Positions 27,541 through 36,900 of a DNA stretch of 64,000 bases are shown piece after piece; position 1 is the stretch's first letter, and every line of letters starts with the position of its first letter. The position numbers were made by a program, and so were the translations under genes. The notes beneath the pieces were generated by a model that did no database searches, was not told the DNA's origin, and worked only from the letters and a program-made list of their open reading frames with translations. The stretch is taken from NCBI GenBank assembly GCA_024233545.1, contig JACKPL010000010.1:6287-70286 (forward strand), read 5' to 3'. The stretch comes from a bacterium (GTDB taxonomy: Bacteria; Auribacterota; Auribacteria; Auribacterales; Auribacteraceae).

Positions 27541-27913
27541 TTTACTGCTATTCTTCGTAATAGTAATTCATTCCGAAATCGCAGAAAATTTTATTGATGT
27601 CCGAGCCCCTCATGTTTATCGAAAGCAGATTTTATTATCTATTTACTTCTCTTTGCAGTTTACTTGATGCAGTTATTTTATTGTGCTTAAAAATTGTTGT
27701 CACTTTTAAATTGCAAAATCTGTATTACAGTTGTATCATGCTTGAATGTTACTCAAAGTAATTGATTTTCCCTTGCAATAATGATGAAAAGATATTTTTC
27801 CGAGTACATAAAATCTTTAAGTTGTATACATAGTATAGTGGTTTACTAAGAATTCGATATAATATAGTGGTAAAAAATAGACAAAACCATGTGGAAGCTT
27901 TGGGAGATGCATA

Positions 27914-28822
27914 ATGTTCCGCAAAAAGATATTGATTGTAGATGATTCGCCTGAAATTTGTAAACTTTTAGAAGAACTCTTGTTATCTGATGAATACGAT
28001 GTGATGGTGTGTGAAGACGGTACAAAATCACTCAACTACGTACTCGAAGAAGAGCCATGCTTAGTACTGCTTGATTATATGATGCCGAAAATTGACGGCA
28101 TTACGGTATTGAAGAAAATCAAAGAAAATGCCCCTGAAGTAAAAGTGATTATCATCACTGGCGCTGGAACAGAAGAAATTGCGGTTGAAGCTATGAAAGC
28201 CGGTGCAGACGATTACGTTACAAAGCCGTTTACTCCAAAAAGAGTGCTTGAAGTTTGCCGGCTCTATCTTGCAAAGTTCCGTGAGCAGTTTATCAAATTG
28301 AATGATAAGTATGAATATCCTTTAAATGATGAAATTATCAGCCGGTATGAATATTTGCGTGCAGGATATACGAACTCTCAGTTGAGCATCAATAAACTTA
28401 AAAGATATTTTACGTTCAGCCGACAAGATTTTTATATTCTTGATAAGAAGAAACGCGAATTTGGAATTATCGGTTTGTTTGACCGTCCTTTGCATGAATT
28501 AGAAAAGCAGCTTGACGAGGAAGGCGAATTGAGCCCCAAGAAGCGCCTGCCCGATTACATTGAAACGGATTCACAGGAATTTAATAGAAAACAATTCTGC
28601 AATTTAGACAGCTTTATCAATAAAAATGACCCAGTGCAGATTCGCCTTGAAATTATTAGAGATGCCGCGACATCGGATCGTCCTAATGTAAGTTTGATTT
28701 GTAAAAAATATAATCTGACCAGAGAGGTTTTTTACCAAAATTACCGACGGTTTCAAAAGCATGGAGTTCTGGGGCTTTTGGACAAGAAAAAAGGGCGCCC
28801 GATGCTCGGTTCAAAACGGTAA
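27914..28822 (+). CDS. response regulator: REC domain + two transposase-type HTH repeats
   Basis: REC features: KILIVDDSPE, phospho-acceptor Asp in LVLLDYMMP, conserved TKPF. The C-terminal half has two copies of an HTH ending G(I/V)(I/L)GL(F/L)D(R/K)..(R)P, as in the N-termini of IS481/IS630-type transposases. Confidence 0.8.
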   Translation: MFRKKILIVDDSPEICKLLEELLLSDEYDVMVCEDGTKSLNYVLEEEPCLVLLDYMMPKIDGITVLKKIKENAPEVKVIIITGAGTEEIAVEAMKAGADDYVTKPFTPKRVLEVCRLYLAKFREQFIKLNDKYEYPLNDEIISRYEYLRAGYTNSQLSINKLKRYFTFSRQDFYILDKKKREFGIIGLFDRPLHELEKQLDEEGELSPKKRLPDYIETDSQEFNRKQFCNLDSFINKNDPVQIRLEIIRDAATSDRPNVSLICKKYNLTREVFYQNYRRFQKHGVLGLLDKKKGRPMLGSKR

Positions 28823-28887
28823 ATTCGTGCGGTTGCTTTATTTTTTACCTCACTGCTATTCTCAAAAAGTGAAACGTAATTTTTATT

Positions 28888-30384
28888 ATGCGTAATTTGT
28901 TTTTTGCTTTTGCATGTATTCTGTTTCTTTACAATCAGCCGGTTTCTTGGGGTATCACCGAAGATACCGAAAAGGAGAGTGTTGCTGTCTCTCTTCATGA
29001 TTGTTATTTGTTAGCGCTCAAGAACAATGTCGATATTGCATTCCAAAAGGAGGACCCTCTGATCAGAGAATGGGAAATTACCAATCAGCGTGGTATTTTC
29101 GACCCTTTGTTTTCGTTTGACATGAATTATACCGATAAAATCCTGCCATTCCCTTCGTTGACTCGTCTTTCTACCGGTTTACAGCGCTCACAAAGCGAAG
29201 AGTTATTTTTTGATTCATCTTTATCCGGATTGCTCCCGACAAGTACTCGTTATGGAATAGGCTACGAAACACTGCGCACTATGGGTACGACCACATTATT
29301 CGAAAATGAATATGAGGGTATCGTAAGTTTTCGGTTAACTCAACCGCTCCTTAAAAATATGGGAAATTTCGCCGCAACGTATCAAATTACCGTGGCAAAA
29401 ATCAATAAAAATATATCTGATGAAGAATTAAGAGCAACTCTGATCGGTATTCTTGCGGAGGTTCAGCATAAATACTGGGACCTCTTCTTCGCGATTAAGG
29501 ACCTTGAAGTCAGAAGAGAATCTTTGATTTTGGCGCAAACGCTTCTCAATGACAATAAAGAAAGAGTAAAAGTAGGAATATTGCCTCCTATTGAAATTAC
29601 ACAGGCGGAATCCGGCGTTGCTTTGCGCGAAGAGTCCGTGATAATTGGCGAACAAAACGTTAAGAATAGTGAAAACGAACTCAAAATTTTATTATTTAGC
29701 GATCCTTATGATATCATAAGAAAACATATCATTCCCCGCGATAAGCCAGCGGATGAAAACATTGAACTGTCGTTTACCGGAAGCCTGAATACTGCAATAA
29801 AAAACCGGCCTGATTATCTTATCGCTAAGAAAAAACTCGATACATTTAGAGTAAAAGCCCGGTTTCTTCATAATCAATTATTGCCGGAACTTAATTTTGT
29901 CGGAAAATACAATTTGCACGGTATCGAAAGCGATTACCATAATACTTTCGATACTATCGGTTCTGAAGATAACCGGGAATGGATTGTTGGGTTTGAATTG
30001 GAAGTCCCGCTGGGTAATCGTTCTGCAAGAAGCGGATATTTTATTGCAAAACACGAAATAAAAAAACAGGAGTTCGAGCTGAGAAAAATTGAATTACAGC
30101 TTGTACAGGAAACCGATAATGCGATCCAAAATATCAAAACCAATTATAAACGGGTCAGTGCAACCGCAGTTTCTCAGAGATTGGCCGAAGAGGCGCTTGC
30201 GGCAGAAATAAAAAAATTGGAAAATGGCACATCAACCAGTCATAATGTGCTAGAGTTCCAAAATGAATTGTCAGTTGCTCGTTTTAATGCGATTCGAGCA
30301 ATAGTTGACCTCAAAAAATCCATCATTGATCTCTTCAAAGTCGAAGGGACTCTTCTTGACAAGCTATCAATTACGGTGGAATGA
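28888..30384 (+). CDS. TolC-family outer membrane efflux/secretion channel
   Basis: 498 aa. Signal peptide (LFFAFACILFLYNQPVSWG). OEP-type start LHDCYLLALKNNVDIAFQK and two OEP repeats with long helical hairpins (..NVLEFQNELSVARFNAIRAIVDLKKSIIDL..). Confidence 0.85.
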   Translation: MRNLFFAFACILFLYNQPVSWGITEDTEKESVAVSLHDCYLLALKNNVDIAFQKEDPLIREWEITNQRGIFDPLFSFDMNYTDKILPFPSLTRLSTGLQRSQSEELFFDSSLSGLLPTSTRYGIGYETLRTMGTTTLFENEYEGIVSFRLTQPLLKNMGNFAATYQITVAKINKNISDEELRATLIGILAEVQHKYWDLFFAIKDLEVRRESLILAQTLLNDNKERVKVGILPPIEITQAESGVALREESVIIGEQNVKNSENELKILLFSDPYDIIRKHIIPRDKPADENIELSFTGSLNTAIKNRPDYLIAKKKLDTFRVKARFLHNQLLPELNFVGKYNLHGIESDYHNTFDTIGSEDNREWIVGFELEVPLGNRSARSGYFIAKHEIKKQEFELRKIELQLVQETDNAIQNIKTNYKRVSATAVSQRLAEEALAAEIKKLENGTSTSHNVLEFQNELSVARFNAIRAIVDLKKSIIDLFKVEGTLLDKLSITVE

Positions 30385-30403
30385 AGCAGGCAAATTTGAA
30401 TAC

Positions 30404-30433
30404 AGGCCCTGGCTGAGGTTCAGTCCAGGGCCT
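30404..30433 (+). terminator. strong GC-rich hairpin 20 nt after the TolC-like stop (terminator-like, no U tract)
   Basis: AGGCCCTGGCTGA-GGT-TCAG(T)CCAGGGCCT: 13 bp, one bulge, 3-nt loop. It stands out in AT-rich DNA. It is followed by ACGCATACC, so it is not a canonical intrinsic terminator. Confidence 0.4.
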
Positions 30434-30504
30434 ACGCATACCGTGATAGTATGGCTGTGTGTATGATTACATCAGTCCATCAACGAATCAGGTTGATTTC
30501 GGGA

Positions 30505-30518
30505 AGCGGCATGCCGCT
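30505..30518. promoter_or_regulatory. perfect 14-bp GC-rich palindrome AGCGGCATGCCGCT next to a TATAAT hexamer
   Basis: Self-complementary with no spacer. TATAAT at 30523-30528 begins 5 nt downstream. About 315 bp upstream of the giant ORF start. No well-spaced -35 (TTGATT at 30493 is 24 nt away). Confidence 0.3.
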
Positions 30519-30600
30519 ACGATATAATCATGTCTAACTTACCTTCTTTTTTTATTAAATGCAAACAGTTTATTCTAGATAAAACAGGCATGGCTTTTTG

Positions 30601-30623
30601 TTTGTATGTTTATAACATACAAA
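30601..30623. promoter_or_regulatory. 10-bp perfect inverted repeat TTTGTATGTT-TAT-AACATACAAA
   Basis: Arms at 30601-30610 and 30614-30623 with a 3-nt spacer. About 210 bp upstream of the giant ORF start. Operator-like or a small hairpin. Confidence 0.3.
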
Positions 30624-30834
30624 AAGATCGCAAAGACTGATTTTCCTGCTTTGGCATCCCAGTAAATTATGCTATAATTTGAATATGGAATAAACTCGGA
30701 AAATTAAAGAAAAAGCGTAAAAATTATATCATCTGTAACAAAAAGTCCGGATGAGGTCCCTTTGCGTCTATTAGGATTATTGTATTATGAACGTTATTTT
30801 TTAAAATTAACATACTAAATGGAGTTGTACTGCC

Positions 30835-30951
30835 ATGAACGGAAACAACAAAATTAAATTTTTTTCTATCGCGCCGGAGGGGAAAAAATTTAAGAGAATA
30901 CTCAGTTTACTGTTAATTGAGTCTCTCGCTTTTAGTTCGGTCGCTTGGGCG
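30835..30951 (+). other. Sec-type signal peptide of the giant protein (predicted cleavage AWA/DE after residue 39)
   Basis: MNGNNKIKFFSIAPEGKKFKR (basic n-region), ILSLLLIESLAFSSV (h-region), AWA|DEEK. Confidence 0.6.
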
Positions 30952-33900
30952 GACGAAGAAAAGGGTATCACATCTGATACGCTCAAAATACCGAATACTC
31001 TGGGCGCTGTTCAAGAACGATATGCCGGTGAAACTGATTCATTGGTAATTCACATTCAGGATACCCATACCAGTTACTCTGCACAAAAATACCTTTCCCA
31101 TATCCTTCGTTTTCTCCATGATTCATACGATACTTCGCTCATTGGCATTGAAGGCGCTTCAGGCATTATTGATACATCTGAATTTTCCCGGTTTCCCGAT
31201 AAGGAAATTAAGAAGAAAGTTTCAGAGTATTTTCTTAAAAGTGGAAAAATAGACGGTACAGAATATTTTTCCATTGTTGAAAATAGCGGTGATGGGGTTG
31301 ATGTATATAAAATCCGCGGGGTTGAAGTCGATGTATTATACCGTAGCAACCTCGATGCTTTTTTACGGTCGATACCGTATCAAGAGAAACTTACCGTATT
31401 TTGTGATACATATCAGGAAAACCTCAATCAGCTTAAAGCGAAAATATACAGTCCGTTGTTGTACCAATTCGATAATCTTGTGCAGGAATTTCATAGGAAT
31501 GAGCTCAATTTTGTTGTTTATTGCCAAGGGTTGCTTCACATTGCCGAAGAAAATCTTATCGAATATGACAAATTGGAAAATCTTACCCGCTTGGTAAGTG
31601 TTATTGATCTGGAGTCAAAAATAAATTTTCCAAGAGTAGATGCTGAACGTTATATCGCTGTGCGGCGTTTAAGCGGCAAACTCCCTGAAAGTGAATCATC
31701 GGATTTATTAGCGAGAGAATTTAATTTTCGGACAAAAAAGGTAACACCAGAGGAATATCATTTCTATCTTAATGAAGTTTTCAAAAAAAATGATTTTTCA
31801 ATCGATGAATTCCAAAATTTAAAAAACTATATTGAATACCTCTCTTCATTTTCTCAAATAGACCGCTCCAAAGCGCTTGCTGAAACACAACTGCTTGCAA
31901 AATCAATTTATGATACCCTTATTGTTTCTAATGACCAGCGCACCCTTTATGAACTTTCATATTTTGTTTATTTAATTAGCAAGTTTTCTAACTTAAAAAT
32001 GACTCGGGAAGAAATAGCCCTTTATCATTCTTACCGCCAGAAATATTCCTGTGAAAGCATCCGCGAATTTATACAGCATGCTATGAATAACTACGCAGTA
32101 ACGGTGACTGATAATTTTAATTTAGCCGAAGTAGAAGAAAATCTTTCCCATTTTGAGGAATTTTATAAAGTTGCGCATCAACGAGAACAGAGTATCGTAA
32201 AAAATACTCTCGGTTTAATGAAGCAAGAAAATCAAGATACCATCGTCTTGATTGCGGGCGGTTTTCATACGCCAGGGATTACTGAAATGCTTCAAAAAGA
32301 AGCAGTCTCCTATGTTGTGGTTACACCGAATATGGAAAATGACCCTGCGTCAATCCCTTATTTATCGCTTCTGCAAAATTTCCAGACTCCTCTTGAACAA
32401 ATGATTGCTACTAATACAAGCACGCTGAAAATAGCGTCATGGTTGGCGGATCAGCCGCTTGTTTACGGAGATCGTGCTGAAGTGCTGAAAACAAAACTAA
32501 AACTTCTTTTAAGCACAACCGCTCTTCATAAAGAGTGGATGAACACAATGGCTCAATATTCCCGCGAAGAGCAAGCGGCGCTCGGGTACCGTCTTGAAAC
32601 TCAGTTGGCTCAAGCGGTTAATAATGTCATTCAGATTGCCGGTTATCAAGATGTTCTTCACGTGAATTCAGTAAGCATGGGAATTGGTGGACGCGATTTT
32701 TCTGCTAATGTTACTATTCAAGGTGCCGGCGCAATTGATGTTTCGTTTTCTGATCAGGTACAGGGCGGTACCGTCGTTGAAGATATTCAAGACAATATTC
32801 TCGAAGTCATTCAGTTCAGCGACGGCATAACCACTCATATCATGAGCCAAATCGGTTCAAGCCGGCTTGCGCAGAATTTTGCCCTTATCCGCACCGTCAT
32901 TCTTCACAGTGTTTACTCAACTCCAAAAACAACGGATGAAATACTTGCCGATATTCAATCGGCACTTCCCGACACGTCGGTTACGATGGCTGAGCTTAAA
33001 GTCTATCTTAATGATTTTCGGAGTATGGGGGTTCTTGTCGAAGATACTGAAGGCAGGTTTGCTGTAACAAGCAATCTGAACCAGCGGCTTGCCGCATTCC
33101 TCGCACAAAGTTTAATCGTCCGGCAGGCCGGTAGCAACGATATTCAGACAAGCCGGATTCGCCGCGAAAATGTACCGGCAGAATTAGCCTCTCTCTTAGA
33201 AGGTTTAGAAATAAGCACATTGATTATTGATCCCACTATATCGCTTTCTTCACTCGAAAATTTTCTTTCGCGCCTGACTGAAGGCGAATTTAACGGTCAA
33301 ATTCAGCCGGGTGCTGTCATACAACTTTCTGATACATTGCAAGGTATTGTTACCCGTCCGATAGATAGCGCGGAATACATCTTTGCTATTATGCGCAAAC
33401 CGGCTGAATCTGAAGAAATCGGAACCGTCAGTAAAAATATTCAGAGTTCTTTTGAGCTGAGCGATCGTTCTCTTGCCGCTCAACGGAGTGGTTCGGATTC
33501 CCTTGTTATCGATTTGTTGCGAAATGAGTTTGGCAGGAACCTCGGTGTTTCCAATGATGAGGGGCTTGTTTTGGAATTATCTACCCGGCTTGGCGATGGA
33601 GAAAAATCGGTTCTTCGCACCTATATTTTGGATCGAATTTCCGATGATCAAGAAGTCCGGCAGCAATTGGCAAAGAGAATCAATTCTCTTCTCCGTGTTA
33701 AAGAAGAACTAGAAGGGCGTTTTACCGGACGAGTTGCACGGATTATCATCGGGAACAGTTATCCGGCTCAATTTGATCAGGCGGTACAAGTTATAACACA
33801 AATTAACCCTGATTTTGCAATTACTCGTGAAATTGAAGAACAAATCAATGCCGCTTTGATTCAATTGCACGGTTCCAACAAAAGAGGCGATTATCTCAGA

Positions 33901-36900
33901 TATGATTTGTGGCAATCAATCATAAATACTGCATTGGCAAGTGCTCCTGAAGCGGTGCGCAATTCTCGGTTTAATCAGGCAGTACAAAAAACTGTTGCAG
34001 AAATTCAAGAAATCCAACAGAAAGAAGATGGTAAGCCGGCTGGATTAGAAGAATTCCAGCGTATAATAAATAAACACCTTGCCGCTTTGGAATTACGTGC
34101 TGGTTCAATAGATGAGAATAAACCATTACTGCATCAAACAGCTCAAAGGCAAGCTCTCCTCAATCGAGCAATTGTAGAAGAGCATGTGCTTCGTTTTTCA
34201 TCACGGTCGGGCGAAATAGAATTGGATGTGTCAGTATCCAATCGTACCGCAACTAATACGTATTATGCATATGATAAAGCAACCGGCAATCACTATCTGA
34301 TTACACTGCTTTCTTTGGATGAACAAGGACAGGAGTTTGTCTACTCTACGGCTAACGAGCAACAGCAATCGGACGGCACGCCATATCCGGGTGTTACAGA
34401 AGATTCATCGGATGCGTTTTATGATGCGTCTGGGTTTCTTGTTCGGCGTATTGAACCTCAATCGGTACCGCGAAGCAAAGATGTTGTCAGGGAGATGCAG
34501 TACCGTGCATTACAGAATCAATGGGAACGATCATTACAGACAGTTCCGGCTGGCGTCATCCAAGCAAGCTTATCGCGCCGTTTGACTGGTGTGTTAGAAC
34601 AGAATTTGGAACAAAGTTCATTACAAGAAGCCGCCGCATCATATAGTGAAAATGTAGGCAGGCACATTGCAAATGCTCAGCAACAGCAACAGCGGTTACA
34701 AAGGGAACAAGTTGAACAGGAAGAGCAGTTAGAAAGATTGAAAAGGGAAATAGAAACGGCAAAATTAGAATTGAAAAATCGGGCAAATACCGTTACTGCG
34801 CGTCTCAATGAACTTGAAATTCAGCATGTCGCATATCAAAAAATAATCGGCAGACAGGATGAAGTGGTCGGAGAACTTCTGCTTGATTATATTTCGCGTG
34901 AAATGCTTCGTGTCATGGCAACCCGGTTGTACGAAACAGGCAGTATTCAAGGGATGAACATTGTGCTTGCAGAATGGGCAGGTATTTCGGGTGCCACGGA
35001 TGCACGGTTGGCAAGCATTCTTGCGCAGAACCCGGAAAAAATACATAGCCTTGATTTTGGGCGCATTTTTTCGCGTGAAGATGTTGCGGCTTTGCTTAAT
35101 GTCTTGCCCGAGGGTATTGATTCGCGTTTGATTGACCGTTTTTTCCCAAGTGTTCCATCGGGACGAATAGTAAGCAAAACGACAGTTGATGCAGTAATGA
35201 AAAGACTGTCGCAACCTCAAACGGCCGCTACTTTTTATAACATGCTGAATGATGTGCTCGGCATCAGAAATCTAGAAAGGACTCTTATTCCTGCCGATCC
35301 GAATCGCGCAACAGTTGAGCGGCAAATTCAAATTATCAAAAATAAAATTTCATCTTATACGAACAGTACTGATGCTCGAGCCTCTTTGACCGCTTCTCTC
35401 GCTGAACTGGATCGTGCCAAAGAAGCCCTTAAACCGGTGGAAGTAAATGGAATTGCGATTACCGCCATTGAAGCCCAGAGGCGAAAAGAACTCGATGAAT
35501 ACCCGCAGATTCGCAATGAACTTATCAATAAAATAAATAGCCTTCAAGAGACATTGCGTGTTGCAACAGCATCCCTCGATACATTACAACAGCGTACGAA
35601 TACCGAATTGCAAGCGGTTAATCGGCGTATACAATTTTTGAGAACTATTCAACGGGCGCTTGAAGGCGATACTGCTCCGGGTCGAAAGCCGGAGTGGCTG
35701 TTCGAAGGAATACGTGCAAAAATAGAACGAGGTGATACGACGGTTCGAACAGTCGGGATGAGGCGCTTAAAAGGAGACCTGCCGCTTACGAAAGATAATC
35801 TTTCCGCAATCGTTTTTGGATTAGCTTACAATATTTCAATCAACGACCAGATTACTGCCGAACAACAAGGGCTTCCTCGCCAAGAAATTGACGAGTTTGC
35901 CGCAGTTGTTAAAATGGCTGAACAAGCATTTAATGAAAACCGTGATAAAGCTATTAACCGTAATCAAGAACAAGAACTGGCAATTCAGCAGTCTCAAGTG
36001 GAAATTGTTTCGGGAGGTGTGCGCGCAAATCTCTTGGTATATGGACAAGATGCCGCAAATGAATTCGGGCAGATAAATAATCAGGCGAATAATGTGCAAG
36101 TAAGTTCTTTAATGAATCGTGCCTTGCAGTTTTTAGCCACCATAGACCCGATAATAGCAAACGCCATAAAAAAACAGATGCGTATTGTTATTCTGCAAGC
36201 GCCGTTTTATCCTTCCGACGAAGCGAAATATCAAGAATTATTACAGATTGGGCGTACTACACAAACTTTGTATATCGAGAAAGCTGTTTTCGGGCGTGTC
36301 ATGGAGTTGCTTGCTACTAATTCCGGTGCGGCTGTACGCCTTATGGCCGCTTCTATGGCATATGCGGCGCAAGGAACAATCTTTCCTGAAACTAATGTGT
36401 TCGATATAAATCAATTGACCGTTGAGCAACTGCAACAAATCATTACGTCACGAATGGAACGAATAGGACGGCCTTTGGATGCACAGCGTGCGGAACTTAT
36501 TGCCGGAGCAATTGTACAGCTTCGTTCGCGTGCGCCCATCAGGCAAGTAGGGGATTTGGAACAACTCTATGGACAATTGCAAATGCCGGAGTTGCCGTTG
36601 GTTTTTGCCGTTACGCAATCATATTTTAATTTTAACGGTACACTAAAGGAACCGGCATATAAACTTGTTGCTTCAAATAAAGCAGATATACTTCTCGGTT
36701 CAAGCTTTACAAATTTTCGGCGTTTATTGATGGTTGAGCGCCAGCGTTATTTGGAAGGCATGAATCTCGATGAAATACCTGCATCGTTAGCCGCAACGGA
36801 TGTCGAGTCATTATGGTCTGTTGTCAATAATGCGAATGTTCCTGTTCAGCATCAGTATTATGTTTTTCTTCGCCGGCTTTTTGGGACAAACTTTATTCCC

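Noticed and set aside
30493-30528. TTGATT ... TATAAT as a sigma70 promoter for the giant gene
   Set aside because: The spacer is 24 nt, far from the 16-18 nt optimum. TATAAT is kept only as context for the adjacent palindrome.
30652-30666. TGGCAT upstream of the giant gene as a possible sigma54 -24 element
   Set aside because: The position where the -12 TTGC should be reads TAAA, so there is no GC dinucleotide at N10 spacing. The nearby TGGCTT-N5-TTGT (about 30591-30605) also lacks the GC.
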